A stretch of DNA of 64,000 bases from Felis catus (GCF_018350175.1 NC_058368.1:59026001-59090000); one strand, 5' to 3'; counted from the first letter of the stretch, positions 13,698 through 27,649 are shown. Notes: a model not told the origin generated them from the letters alone. Made by a program: numbers and translations.

Positions 13698-14375
13698 CAT
13701 CAGTTATCAATTTATTGCCTCTTAATTCCAAATTCTGTCCTTTTTTTTTGCCTATTCTGTGAAAACAGATCAGTGTATTAAATATTTTTTATGAATAGAA
13801 GGCACTAGACAAACCTGGCAGGAGGTAAGGGGTGGTTCCTGGTTCCAGTGTGCTTTTTCAGTAGGTTCCTACAGTGTGTTACTTCCCCAGTACCTGTCTC
13901 CTATGGGGACATAGTTTTTCCAGTCCCAGGTTACTTGTAGCACACACTGCTTTTCCAGTCCCTAGCTCTTTATATTTGCTGGTAGCCAGCAGGTTCTAAT
14001 GGCAGCCCCTTAAGTGGTTTTCTCTGCTCTTCCCTGTAGGATGGTTTTCTGGCACGTTCTGGAGGGCAGGTTACCAGCAAGATCTACCAACACAATGCTT
14101 TCTCAGCATTCAGTGATTCAAGGTCACCCCTTCTCCAACAAATATCTGGATTTGAGTTTGGGGGATCAGAGATGTCTGTCTTAAGTGCTTATCTCTGCCC
14201 TTGTAGCAGTGGCTATTTCTTGTATCTTCTTTTCCTGTATTTTTTAGAGTTATACTTACTCTTATTAGCCAGTACCTTGATATTCTAATGTCCTCATATA
14301 CTTGATATATTTTTATACTTTCCATGTTTAAATTACTGTGTAGTTGCTATTCCTGATTAGACCCAGACTGATAGA
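13698..14375 (-). mobile_element. ERVL-type solo LTR, LTR33-like
   Basis: Starts tcagttatcaatttattgcctcttaattccaaatt and ends tcctgattagacccagactgata, matching recalled LTR33 termini; strand assignment follows recalled consensus. Confidence 0.68.
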
Positions 14376-17300
14376 TATAATAACACTAAAAATATTACAG
14401 TACATTTATTTATCTTATATCTGTTATTGGAGTTTGCCACTGTTTTATTTTTTTATTTTTTTATTAAATATAATTTAAGGTCAAATTGGATTCCATACAA
14501 CACCCAGTGCTCATCCCAACAGGTGCCCTCCTCAATGCCCATCACCCACTTTCCCCTCTCTCCCACCCCCCATCAACCCTCAGTTTGTCTCTTATAGTTT
14601 GCCTCCCTCCCTCTCTGTAACTTCTTTTTTCCCCATTCCCCTCCCCCATTGTCTTCTGTTAAGTTTCTCAGGATCCACATATGAGTGAAAACATATGGTA
14701 TCTGTCTTTCTCTGCCTGACTTATTTCACTTAACATAATACCCTCCAGTTCCATCCACATTGCTGCAAATGACCAGATTTCATTCTCATTGCCAAGTAGT
14801 ATTCCATTGTATATATAAACCACATCTTCTTTATCCATTCGCCAGTTGGTAAACATTTAGGGTCTTTCCATAATTTGGCTATTGTTGGAAGTCCTGCTAT
14901 AAACATTGGGGTACAAGTGTCCCTATGCATCAGCACTTCCGTATCCCTTGGGTAAATTCCTAGCAGTGCTACTGTTGGGTCATAGGGTATATCTATTTTT
15001 AATTTATTGAAAAAACTCCACGCTGTTTTCCAGAGTGGCTGCACCAGTTTGCATTCCCACCAACAGTGCAAGAGGGTTCCCATTTCTCTACATCTGTGCC
15101 AGCATCTATAGTCTCCTGATGTGTTCATTTTAGCCACTCTGACTGGTGTGATTGGTATTTCAGTGTGGTTTTGATTTGTATTTCCCTGGTGAGGAGTGAC
15201 GTTGAGAATCTTTTCATGTGTCTATTGGCCATCTAGATATCTTCTTTGGAAAAGTGTCTATTTGTGTCTTCTGCCCATTTCTTCACTGGATTATTTGTTT
15301 CTTGGGTGTTGAGGTTGAAAAGTTCTTTATAGATTTTGGATACTAACCCTTTATCTAATATATCATTTGCAAATATCTTTTCCCATTCTATCAGTTGCCT
15401 TTTAGTTTTGTTCATTGTTTCCTTTGTAGTGCAGAAGGTTTTTATCTTCATGAGGTCCCAATAGTTCATTTTTGCTTTTAATTCCCTTGCCTTTGGAGAT
15501 GTGTCAAGTAAGAAATTGCTGCAGCTGAGGTCAGATAGGTTTTTCCTGATTTTTCCTCTAGGGTTTTGATGGTTTCCTCACAGTCAGGCCCTTCATCCAT
15601 TTTGAGTTTATTTTTGTGAATGGTGTAAGAAAGTGGTCTAGTTTCATTCTTCTGCATGTTGCTGTCCAGTTCTCCCAGCACCATTTGTTAAAGAGACTGT
15701 CTTTTTTCCATTGGATACTCTTTCCTGCTTTGTTAAAGATTAGTTGCTCATACATTTGTGGGTCCAATTCTGGGGGTCTCTATTCTATCCCATCGGTTTA
15801 TGTGTCTAATTTTGTGCCAATACCATGCTGTCCTGATGATTACCGCTTTATAGTAGAGGCTAAAGTCCGGAATTGTGATGCCTCCCACTTTGGTTCTTCT
15901 TCAATATTACTTTGGCTATTCGGGGTCTTTTGTGGTTCCATACAAATTTTAGGATTGCTTGTTCTAGCTTTGAGAAGAATGCTGGTGCAATCATAATTGG
16001 GATTTCATTGAATGCGTAGATTTCTTTGAGTATTATTGACATTTTAACAATATTTATTCTTCCAATCCTTGAGCCTGGAATATTTTTCCATTTCTTTGTA
16101 TCTTCTTCAATTTCCTCCATAAACTTTCTGTAGTTTTCAGCATACAGTTCTTTTACATCTTTGGTTAGGTATTTTCCTAGGTATTTAATGGTTCTTGGTG
16201 CAATTGTGAATGCGATGGGTTAATTTATTTCTTTCTGTTACTTCATTATTGGTGTATAAAAATGCAACTGATTTCTGTACATTGATTTTGTACCCTACAA
16301 CTTTGCTGAATTCATGTATCAGTTCCAGCAGACTTTTGGTGGAGTCTGTCAGGTTTTCCGTGTAGAGTATCATGACTTCTGCAAAAAGTGAAAGTTTGAC
16401 TTCATTTTTTGCCAATTTTGATGCCTTTGATTTCATTTTGTTTCTGATTGCTGATTCTAGAACATCCAACACTATGTTAAACAACAGTGGTGATAGTGGA
16501 CATCCCTGTCGTGTTCCTGATCTCACGGAGAAAGCTCTCAGTTTTTCCCCATTGAGGATGACATTAGCTGTGGGTTTTTCATAAATGGCTTTTATGATGT
16601 TTACGTATGTTCCTTCTATCCCGACTTTCTTGAGGGTTTTTATTAAGAAAGGATGCTGAATTTGTCAAATGCTTTTTCTGCATCTTTGACAGGATCACAT
16701 AGTTCTTATCTTTTCTTTTATTAATGTGATGTATCACATTGATTGATTCGTGAATATTGAACCAGCCCTGCAGCCCAGGAATGAATCCCACTTGATCATG
16801 GTGAACAATTATTTTCATATGCTGTTGAATTCGATTTGCTAGTATCTTGTTGAGAATTTTTGCATCCATATTCATCAGGGATATTGGCCTATAGTTCTCT
16901 TTTTTTGATGGGTCTCTGGCTGGATTGGGAATCAAAGTAATTCTGGCTTCATAGAATGAGTCTGGAAGTTTTCCTCCCCTTTTTATTTTTTGGAACAGCT
17001 TGAGAAGGATAGGTATTATCTCTGCTTAACTGTCTAGTAGAATTCCCCAGGGAAGCCATCTGGTCCAGGACTCTTATTTGTTGGGAGATTTTTGATAACT
17101 GATTCAATTTCTTCATGGATTATGGTTTGTTCAAGGTTCTATTTCTTCCTGTTTTAGTTTTGGAAATGTGTGGGTGCTTAGGAATTTGTCCATTTCTTCC
17201 AGGTTGTCCATTTTGTTAGCATATAATTTTTCATAGTATTCCCTGATAATTGCTTGTATTTAGAAGGATTGGTTGTAATAATTCCATTTCATTTGTGATT

Positions 17301-18346
17301 TTATCTATTTGGGTCCTCTTGCTTTTCTTTTTGAGTATGCCTAGCTAGAGGTTTATCAATTTTTATTTTTTCAAAAAACCAACTCTTGGTTTCATTTATC
17401 TGCTCTACTATTTTTTGGATTCTATATTGTTTATTTCTGCTCCGGTCTTTATTATTTCTCTTCTTCTGCTGGACTTGGTGGTGTCTTTGCTGTTCTGCTT
17501 CTAGTTTCTTTAGGTGTGATGTTATATTTTGTATTGGGGATTTTTCTTATTTCTTGAGATAGGCCTGGATTGCAATGTATTTTCCTCTCAGGACTGCCTT
17601 TGCTGCATCCAAAAGTGTTTGGATTGTTGTATTTTCATTTTTATTTGTTTAAATATTAAAAAAAATTTCTTCTCTAATTGCCTGGTTGACCCATTCATCA
17701 TTTAGTAGGATGTTCTTTAATCTCCATGCTTTTGGAGGTTTTCCAGACTTTTTCCTGAGGTTGATTTCAACTTTCTTAGCATTGTGATCTCAAAGTGTGC
17801 ATGGTATGATCTCAATTCTTTTATATTTGTTAAGGGCTGTTTTGTGACCCATTATGTGATCTGTCTTAGAGAATGTTCCATGTTCAGTCAAGAAGAAAGT
17901 ATATTCTGCTGTTTCAGGTTGTAGAGTTCTAAATATAGAGTCCATCTGGTCCAGTGTGTCATTAAGGGCCATTGTTTCTTTACTGATAATCTGTCTAGAT
18001 GGTTTGTCCATTGTTGTAAGTAGAGTATTAAAGTCCCTGTAATTACCACATTCTTATCGATAAGGTTTCACAATAATGTTTGTGATTAATTGTTTTATAT
18101 ATTTGGGTGCTTCCAAATTCAGTGCATAGACATTTATAATTGTTAGTTCTTCCTGATGGATAGACCCTGTAATTATTATGTAATGCCCTTCTTCATCTTT
18201 TGTTACAGCCTTTAATTTAAAGTCTAGTTTTTCTGATTTAAGTATAGCTACTCCAGCCTTCTTTTGACTTCCAGTAGCATGATAGATAGTTCTCCATCCC
18301 CTAACTTTCAATCTGAAGGTGTCCTCATGTCTAAAATGGGTCTCTT

Positions 18347-18580
18347 GGGGCGCCTGGGTGGCGCAGTCGGTTAAGCGTCCGACTTCAGCCAGGTCACGAT
18401 CTCGCGGTCCGTGAGTTCGAGCCCCGCGTCAGGCTCTGGGCTGATGGCTCAGAGCCTGGAGCCTGTTTCCGATTCTGTGTCTCCCTCTCTCTCTGCCCCT
18501 CCCCAATTCATGCTCTGTCTCTCTCTGTCCCAAAAATAAATAAAAAACGTTGAAAAAAAATTAAAAAAAAATAAAAAAAA
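18347..18580 (+). mobile_element. Young SINEC_Fc nested in L1 ORF2
   Basis: CpG-rich GGGGCGCCTGGGTGGCGCAGTCGGTTAAGCGTCCGACTTCAGCCAGGTCACG; perfect TSD taaaatgggtctctt at 18332-18346 and 18581-18595. Confidence 0.99.
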
Positions 18581-18707
18581 TAAAATGGGTCTCTTGTAGA
18601 CAGAAAATAGATGGGTCTTTTTTTTTTAATCCATTCTGATACCCTATGTCTTTTGGTTGGAGCATTTAGTCCATGTACATTCAGTGTTATTGAAAGATAC
18701 GGGTTTA

Positions 18708-18922
18708 AATATTTTTTTTCAACGTTTATTTATTTTTGGGACAGAGAGAGACAGAGCATGAACGGGAGAGGAGCAGAGAGAGAGGGAGACACAGAATCGG
18801 AAGCAGGCTCCAGGCTCTGAGCCATCAGCCCAGAGCCCGACGCGGGGCTCGAACTCACGGACCGCGAGATCGTGACCTGGCTGAAGTCGGACGCTTAACC
18901 GACTGCGCCACCCAGGCACCCC
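18708..18922 (-). mobile_element. Young SINEC_Fc nested at the start of L1 ORF2
   Basis: Same young subfamily; perfect 16-bp TSD gaaagatacgggttta at 18692-18707 and 18923-18938. Confidence 0.99.
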
Positions 18923-19014
18923 GAAAGATACGGGTTTAGAGTCATTGTGATATCTGTAGGTTTCATGCTTTGTAGTGGTGTCTCTCGTACTTTGTGGTCC
19001 TTGCAACATTTCAC

Positions 19015-19904
19015 TCACAGAGTCCCCCTTAGGATCTCTTGTAGGGCTGGTTTAGTGGTAATGAATTCGTTCAGTTTTTATTTGTTTGGGAAAACCTTTA
19101 TCTCTCCTTCTATTCTGAATGACAGACTTGCTGGATAAAGGATTCTCAGCTGCATATTTTTTCTGTTCATCACATTGAAGATTTCCTGCCTTTCCTTTCT
19201 GCCCTGCCAAGTTTCAGTAGATAGGTCTGCTACTACCCTTATGTGTCTACGTTTTTATGTTAGGGCCCATTTATCCCCAGCTGCCCTCAGAATTCTCTCT
19301 TTATCTTTGTATTTTGCCAGTTTCACTATGATATGTCATGCAGAAGTTTGATTCAAGTTATGTCTGAAGGGAGTTCTCTGTGCCTCTTGGATTTCAATGC
19401 CTGTTTCCTTTCTCAGAGTGGGAAGTTCTCAGCTATGATTTGTTCAAGTACACCTTCAGCCCCTTTCTGTCTCTCTTCTTCTGGAATTCCTATGATACAG
19501 ATACTGTTCCATTTGATTGAGTCACTAAGTTCTCTAATTCTCCCCTTGTACTCCTGGATTTTTTTATCTCTCTTTTTCTCAGCTGCCTCTTTTTCCATAA
19601 TTTTATCTTCTAATTCACCTGTTCTCTCCTCTGCCTCTTCAATCCGTGCTGTGGCCGCCTCCATTTTATTTTGTACCTCATTTATAACATTTTTAAATTC
19701 ATCATAGCTATTTTTTAGTCCCTTGATCTCTGTAGCAATAGATTCTCTGCTGTCCTCTATGCTTTTTTCAAGCCCAGAAATTAATTTTATGATTATTACT
19801 CTAAATTCTTGTTCAGTTATATTGTTTAAATCTGCTTTGATCAATTCTTTAGCTATCACTTCTTCCTAGAATTTCTTTTGAGGAGAATTCTTCCTGTTCA
19901 TCAT
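19015..19904 (-). pseudogene. Disrupted L1 ORF1 (coiled coil/RRM)
   Basis: MMNRKNSPQKKF*EEVIAKELIK...; ORF 19413-19859 coiled coil then IIGIPEEE..KGAEGVLEQIIAENFP; ends PALQEILRGTL*. Confidence 0.93.
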
Positions 19905-21555
19905 TTTTGCTAGTTTTATGTCCCTTATGAGTTTTAAATGCTTGTTGTGTGCTCTGCACCTGTGAGCACTGCTATATTAAAGGGGGGTCATACACTGTCC
20001 AGGGTCTGGCCCTTCAGAAGGTGTTTTCTGGAGAGTATTACTTTCTCTCTGTTGTTGTGACTTTGGTTATTTTATTTCCCTACTCATAGTGATGTTTTGG
20101 ACCCTCCACCAGGTGTGCTTTGATTTGTTCCTTGAAGTACCCCTGTAAAGGAAAACAAACAGACAGACAAACAGGAGACAAAAACCGGCAGACACACACA
20201 CAAACGAATAAAACAAACCAACCAACAAACAAAAGAAAAAAAACTAAAGTCAATCTAAAAGCAAAAACCAGAAACACCAGCTACAAATGAAGAACAGGGT
20301 GGAGGAAGTGCTGATGGAAGAGCACATGCAAAGAGAGAAATGACAGAGTGGGGGAAAAAGAAAAAAATAAACATTGACTAGGCAGAGACACTAAAAGGCT
20401 TAATCCAGAGAGAGATGAAGGTAAATAAGGAAGGAGGCCGGGGACAAAGAAATGAAGGTAAAGTTACCCAGACTGAGAAACTGTATGGCTTAAATATTCC
20501 TGAGAGAGAGAGAGAGAAAAGAATGTAAAGAAGAAGGTGTAGAACATGTATCTAGAGAATGGATTAAATACGTCTATTTAGACAGACCAATAACCACAGT
20601 AACCAGCCTAGAGGAGGGAAGAGATAAGGTAGAGGAAATGGTGGGTGGGGAGGAATATATTGATATATCCAGAATTGTCCTAGAATTAAATCCAGGCAAT
20701 CCTGCAGCACTGGTCTGGGGGACCTGTCCCTCTATTTCCAAAGTGTCCATCCCACTCCAGTAGATACACAGTTACCAGGCATGGAGGGGCATGGTTTGGT
20801 GTAGGCTGGTCCCGCCTCCTTTGTGGGCCCTGCAGACTCCCCTGAGACTCTGCCTTGGTGGTGGTGGTGGGGGGCGGAAAATGGTGATCCCCCAGTCTCT
20901 TCTCCACAGACTGGGGGACTTCATTTGAGTCGTCCTCACCCCTGTGCCACAGGCATAGATGGGGTGGTCCTTCTCTCTCCACCAACTCCCCTGACCCAGT
21001 GCTTGGCTAGGATTCAAAGTCTTGCTCCCTGCACTCTGGCACTGGGGAAGCTCCTCTCAGTGAGGTCTCATTTGTGGTCCTGGATGGCTTTGTCTGTGCC
21101 CTAGCACTTCCGGCACTATTTTAAACAAACTTCTTGAGGTGTGTACTCCTTTAAATACTTGATTTACATATTGAGAAAGAATTTCATTGAATTTTATTTT
21201 TTTGAGAACTTTATTAAATTTTAAGTTACACGGGACACGTAGAATCAGTGGAATGTACACTAAAACAATCTAGTTGAGGAGCTAATTTTGTGAATACTTT
21301 TATATTTAGGTTTATTTCTAGCAGTTCATTTTGTGTTGGGTGGTAAACCTCCAGTTTGTATTCATTTTTCAAAAATCTCTTGCTTGCCATTAAATTATTT
21401 GAGTTTGGTTTGTTTTCCTACTAAAGGTTTGAGAGTATTTTTTTATTATTACTCTTATGATAGTTAATCGTAACATTTTTATGTACATACTTCCCTGAAA
21501 AGAAATCCTGAAGACTTATCCTCTCAGACAGGATATTGTCATTCAATATTTTGAA

Positions 21556-21590
<35 letters not shown>

Positions 21591-22683
21591 AATAGTATTG
21601 GATATGAGGATATAATTCTTGAACCATAGGGATTATCTGGGTGTCTCAGCTTCTGCCCAGAGCCAAACCAAGGTGAAATCTTTTACCTCAAAGTAGGCTT
21701 TAGAATTTATGGGAGGTTTGTATGCGGATTTTTGTTTTTATAAATAATCCTAGGAATATCCTTTCTCTCTCTACATAGATTAGCTATCGCCTCAGCTCAG
21801 GATTATCTGGATTTAAGAAACCTTTTTGTTTGTTTTTGGAATAATTGGTTACTTTCAAGGAAGTCAGTTTTACACTATGAAGTAAGTTATCGTTTGCATT
21901 GTTTCTAGATATTTTATACAAGAAGATATTCAGGTTATGCAATTCTGTAAATGCCAGGAAAAATAAATCTACAATAAAGTTTTTAAAATGGTAATGATAA
22001 GAAAATCTTAATGCCAATACATTTGAAACCATTGAAAATATATACTGCTCTTCAAAAACATCAAAATAAGTGAAATAAGTGACTGCATACAAGTCTTAAC
22101 AATGGATGATTTTCCAACAATTTAATAAATAGATCATCTCTTCCAAGTTATACCTTCAGCATTTGTATGTATATTTATGAGTTTGCTTATTTCAGCAGCT
22201 CCTCAAATGGAGTCCACATCTAATTTTCATGACTACATATTGCAAAACTACCTCCACAATTATATAATTTATCATCTGTGCTCATCAAAATGACTCCACT
22301 AGTGTCTGATAAATCTCTCAGCCTGATTCTTACCCTTCCTCTCCTGTTCTCCTCACAAACTAGAGTGATACTATCTTTTCTCAAAGTGAGTTGAAAGCCA
22401 GATTCAGAAAGGTAGAGATTTTTCTTCCTTTTCTGTCTGAGGAAAAGAGCCTCTGTTTTAGTAGAGGGCCTTTCTGTCTTAGTAGAGGGCCTAGCAGGAA
22501 TTAATTAACATTTATTGAACAACTGAATGTACTCATAGTGCCTTTTTTAACGGCACAGTCTTTGGATGTCACTGTGACCAGAAATTCCATTTCTATTTCA
22601 TCATCTCATCAAGCACTCATCTGCCTCCCTGTTGTCCTGAATCATGCCCATGGCTTTCTAGTCTAGAGACATTGTGCTTACTT

Positions 22684-22903
22684 AAAAATTTTTCTTAACG
22701 CTTATTCATTTTTGAGAGACAGAGAGAGACATAGCATGAGCTTGGGAGGGGCAGAGAGAGAGAGGGAAACACAGAATCCTAAGCAGGCTCCAGGCTCTGA
22801 ACTGTCAGCACAGAACCCGAGTCGGGGCTCTAACTCACAAGCTGCAAGATCCTGACCTGAGCCAAAGTCGGGTGCTCAACTGACTGAGCCACCCACGTGC
22901 CCC
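22684..22903 (-). mobile_element. CAN-SINE
   Basis: Perfect TSD cattgtgcttactt at 22670-22683 and 22904-22917. Confidence 0.97.
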
Positions 22904-23583
22904 CATTGTGCTTACTTTTAAGGAAGGATATACATCAATCAAATTATAGTGAAGAAAGAAAAAGAAATAGGGGAAGATGAAAAAGTTAAAAAAACAAAAA
23001 CATGAATTTTTAAAGTATTTTCTTATAAGCATTAACTTTTCTCATTTGTTTTCAACTCCCAAATTTAATCTGTCAAAGTAAGGATGCTCATAACTGAGGT
23101 AGGAATGTGAGAGAATTATAGATTACAATAGAGAAGAAGTTTTATTTTTCCCTCAGTTTTCTCAAATTACTTAGTGAAGTACATAGCATGCAATGAGCAT
23201 ACATTTCTATGACATAATAATTTAGAATATGTTCATATATGAATTTCATTCATGCCACAGACACTTTTTAATGACCCATGTCACAAGGGAAAGTATAAAT
23301 AAAGGAGATATTCAAAATCATCCTGAAAAAGATTTTTAAAAATATAATAGGGCTTATCTTTTGTTGCAATATTCTCCATATTGTATTATAATATCTAAAT
23401 TCTCTGAGTTGATAATAACATCTCACATACTGTTTTTATAGTTAAAAAGTATATTATGATTCAGGTTTTTTTTCACAAGTAAGGATGATATTAGATATTA
23501 TAAAATAGTTCATTAAGGAGTGTATGATCCAATGTGATAATTCCAAACTTTATTACAGTAATGATTTCAAAATAATACTACAA

Positions 23584-23799
23584 GGGTGCCTGGGTGACTC
23601 AGTAAGTTGGGCGTCTGACTTTCAGTTTCGGCTCAGGTCATGATATCATGGTTTCATGGGTTTGAGCCCCACATCGGGCTCTGCACTGACAGTGCAGAGC
23701 CTACTTGAGATTCTCTCTCTCCCTCTCTGTACCCACTCCCCTGCTCATGCTGTCTCTGTCTCTGTCTCTTTCAAAATAAATAAATAAATAAAACTTAAA
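23584..23799 (+). mobile_element. CAN-SINE
   Basis: gggtgcctgggtgactcagt head, CT tract, aataaa tail; degenerate TSD aaaataata(c/t)t(a/g)caa. Confidence 0.96.
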
Positions 23800-24056
23800 A
23801 AAATAATATTGCAAAGAGTAATTATGAGAGGAATATTCTTGAAGTAAACACTTTGCTGTGTAATTTTTTAGGATATATACTTATATGTCTCTCTTCTTGA
23901 TCAAAATTATCCACCGTTTCTCCCAGTGTGTGTTATGTTTGAAATATTTTTGCAGGCTATATTTTGTTTTTCCTTTGACTAAGTAATTCTAAATACATCA
24001 CTGTTGCAGTAAAGACTGAAAGTCAATAAAGTCAATAAAGTCAATAAAAAAATATT

Positions 24057-24287
24057 GTTTTTTATTTTTTAATGTTTATATATTTATTTTGAGAGAGACA
24101 GAGACAGAAAGGGGGGAGAGCATGAGTGGGAGAGGGCAGAGAAAGAGGGAGAGAGAGAGAATCCTAAGTAGGTTCTGTGTTGTCAGCATGGAGCCCAATG
24201 CAAGGCTCACTCCCATGACCCTGGGATTGTGACCTGAGCTGAAATCAAGAGTCAGATGCTTAACTGACTTAGCCACTCAGGCGCCCC
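24057..24287 (-). mobile_element. CAN-SINE (older subfamily)
   Basis: gacctgagctgaaatcaagagtcagatgcttaactgacttagccactcaggcgcccc. Confidence 0.95.
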
Positions 24288-25602
24288 TCAAGGTAAGGTA
24301 CTGTATCATGGAACTAATTAACATATAAAAGTTAAGTACAGAGTTCTCTGTATTAGTGATAAGATACATTGTGACAACTGATAGAATCAAAACAGAACAC
24401 TGTATATTTGATCAGTTCAGTGTTTTAGTAGAGTGATGGAGTGATTTAAAAGATCACTTCTGAATAGTAAGTTATATTTTGTTTTAATTGCATATAAAAT
24501 TAGTTTCAAAGCTTAAAGTAGGCAAATAGAATCTATCATAAACCTCACTTATTCTAAAAACAACATGAATTTTCCTCATAAATTTCAGAAAAATATTAAA
24601 TTGTATTTATTTATTAGTTTGTAAGCTTATATACAAGGCAGTTGAGACAAGGCACTGAGAGACTGAGAAGAGGTCAAGATTTTCAGCAGCAGCAGCAATA
24701 ATAGCATTTCCTTTCTATCCTGGATTGGCTTGGATTAAAATGATGCTTGACATTTCCCATCTGATTACGGTGACACTGCCAAGTTCTCAATGTCCTCATA
24801 TGACAAATCATTACAACTATGGTCGCTATGGTTAGTAATGACTAATGAAGTTTAATTAATAGATCAAGTCAATTATTTAATCAACTAATTCTCTTATAAT
24901 AGGAGTTTATGTTTATTTTATGATAAAATTGATGAGTACATGTTTTAAGTGCACTTAAATCTGAGTCTTATTCTTCTTCCTTTTTGTGTACTTTATAACA
25001 TATACAACTCTGTTTCATTTTATGGGAAATGCCTCTTACAAAGTTGACATTAAGGTTAATTGAATCATTTCATGGAATCCATAGTGTACCATGCTGAAAG
25101 TGTTACTTTAGTGACAAAAGCCGTAAAAACACCAGAGTTAATGTGTCGTTAATTAATTGAGTTTGTTATTCATTTCCTTAAATTTTCAAGTGTTTGAATA
25201 CAACAGTGTCACAAAGTAATTAGAGAGTTAGAACACGGAGATCTGTTCCTAACCACTGGGTAACAGAGAATCACTTTGGAAATGAAATCTGACAGGTGCT
25301 ATTTCTGATTAGCGTCTTGAAATGACATGTCAATTTCTAAAAGATTCTTGCTCAATATCAAAAAGGATTTAGCATTTTAAGAAAAATAATCTAAATCAGT
25401 CCATGGGATAAAATAAATGAATAATCTTATCCCTCAATTTTTCATCTCATTTGCCTTCTTTCATCCTTCTTTTGCCTTTTTGTTGAGATAGGAAGAAAGC
25501 CTGTAGCCTGGTATACTTTCTGTTTTTCCTTACAAAGCTTTGCAGTCTTATACTTTCAAGCTTGCATGTCATCCCATGTGTGACATGTACATATTGAGAT
25601 TG

Positions 25603-25930
25603 TGTCTTAGTCTGTTAGGGCTGCTATAATAATAATGCCATGTGTTGGTGACTTGTAAACAATAGAAACGTATTTCTTACAGTTCTTGAGGCAGGGAAGT
25701 CCAGGATTAAGGAACTGGCAGATCTAGTATAGTCCTGGTTCACAGTCTTTCTACTTGCTGTCTCCTCACATGGCAAAAAGGATGAGGGAGTTCTCTGGCA
25801 TCTCTTTTATTAGGGTACTAATACCCATACATAAGGATTCCACCCTTATGACCTAATCACCTTTTAAAGGCCCTACATCCAAATACCATCATATTGAGGA
25901 TCACTATGTGAATTTTGAGGGACACATCTA
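25603..25930 (-). mobile_element. MaLR solo LTR, MLT1A-like
   Basis: tgtcttagtctgttagggctgctataa...tttcttacagttcttgaggcagggaagtccaggattaagg...cttatgacctaatcacc. Confidence 0.85.
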
Positions 25931-27424
25931 ATGGTATTGGAAATGCTTACAGGCAGAGAGCAATATATACAGGGATTCTGCAAAGCCCATAGGAAAATCA
26001 CAGAGATTTGTAGCTTTAACAAAAAGGCTATGCTCTCATCTGCCACTAAATATTCTAAACTTTAAAAGTTTTACCTGCTTTGCTACTAAGCTTTGTGAGA
26101 GATTAAAATCATGATCAAGTGACTGTGCTCCCAGATATCTCTATCATGAACCAGCTCTCATCTGGCTCACCGAACCATAACATAAAGCATGCTGAACAAT
26201 AATCTATTATAAAATGTCCACATTTATATAGTCTTTTTATTAAGTGTTCCTCAAGTTATTCAGAAATATTCAAATATTCACATATTCCTCAATGATTCAT
26301 CTGTTTCTTCTAGGACACTAGTGATAAGTTGTAAATTGACACAACTCAAAAAACTCAACAGAAAGTAGTTTTAATTATAATTATAGGAACTCAGTCCTGG
26401 AGTAATCTATCTGTTATATCCCCATGTTAATTTTAATTGCGTTGATTATACATGACAAGTATGTATTTGCATTATATAACATCCATGAATTTCTAATTTT
26501 ATTTACTGTAATTTTACTTTAATGCTTTTAGTGTGTTTTGCTATACTGGATTTTCTTCTTGTATGTCAAAGGAGAATGTTGCTTTTTATATATTATTTTA
26601 TTATTTATACATAAATTTGTGTATGTTAAAGTCCTTAGAAATTCAGGGTTTTTTTTACATGTTACACTGTTGGTAATACCAAAGATGAGTTGATTAATAA
26701 TATCTCAGTATTTACTTACACATGTTCAATCATAAAATGTTTCCAGAATTCAAGTAGCCAACAAAGGGGGGTATTATATTTATGTTAATAATATCCAATG
26801 AAATTGAAGGCTTTCTATATATAAACACACTTCATTCTTTTGACACACAATTTAAAAATCAAACAAGAAATAAAAAATAGAGAATATATGTAAATCCTGT
26901 CTGCAAGAAAAATAGCATATATACTCATGTTACACATTTTGCCTTCACTGGCAAAAATGGGAAACTTTTCTATCTAACTAAATTGAAAAAACTCTGGGAG
27001 GAGAGTTCATGAACATAGTGCAAGCTTGAAATTCTGGATAATACAGTACTATTCCAAAGTCCTCAAACTTGGGTGCTCATGTGTTGCCATGGCTGATACC
27101 ACCACATGTTTACAAGTCAACTGAACACTACTCTGTCACACATAGTGGTAGAAAAAGCATTTTGGAATAGAGATAGGAGAAATTAAAGAAACAATGTTAG
27201 GCTATTTAGAAGCATTTTTCCCCCTCAGATTTGGCCACATGAATGTCAGGATAAAATTAGGTCAACTTTGAATGTGCTAGACAAAGCTGGCATTATTAAG
27301 AGGAAAAATATGACTGAGTTTTTTTTTTTTAATCTTGAATGTCAGAGTCAGTGAATGCTTTAAATAAGCAACTCAAAATGAAACTGGAAACTAACTTAAA
27401 TATGAATCACACACACACAGACAC

Positions 27425-27649
27425 ACAGAAAATAAAAAAGAAGGAAATCCTGACATTTATGACTACATCAATGAAGAGGACATGATGCTAAGTGAAATCA
27501 GACAAAGAGATACAAATACTGTATAATATCACTTACATGCAGACCCTAATAACAACAACAACAACAAAAGTAAGACTAATGTGCTGGGGTGGGAAATGGA
27601 AAGACATTGGTCAAAGGATGCAAACTGTCACTTATAAGCAAAATAAGTT
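27425..27649 (+). mobile_element. Old L1MA/MB 3' fragment, left part (interrupted by the younger L1)
   Basis: aaggaaatcctgacattt...atgctaagtgaaat...ggtcaaaggatgcaaact; continues colinearly at ~32776-32880. Confidence 0.8.

Larger units (their letters stand above)
14668..18945 (-). pseudogene. Disrupted L1 ORF2 (endonuclease, reverse transcriptase, C-terminal domain)
   Basis: With the SINEs removed it starts MTLNPYLSI.TLNVHGLNAPTKRHR...CLQETHF; RT motifs [25 protein letters not shown] and [17 protein letters not shown]; the catalytic FADD reads FAEV; many frameshifts and stops. Confidence 0.95.
14448..21113 (-). mobile_element. Near full-length felid L1 (partial 5' UTR, ORF1, ORF2, 3' UTR, poly(A)); inactivated, with two nested SINEs
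   Basis: Colinear ORF1/ORF2 fragments throughout the ORF track; poly(T) at ~14448-14465; probable TSD cact(g/a)tttta at 14438-14447 and 21114-21123; no GGAGGAGCCAAGATGGCGG-type terminus, so probably 5'-clipped. Confidence 0.96.

Noticed and set aside
20686..21104. Overlapping ORFs in the L1 5' UTR (ORF0-like?)
   Set aside because: GTG-initiated or short, in a decayed GC-rich UTR; no similarity to primate ORF0 that I can see
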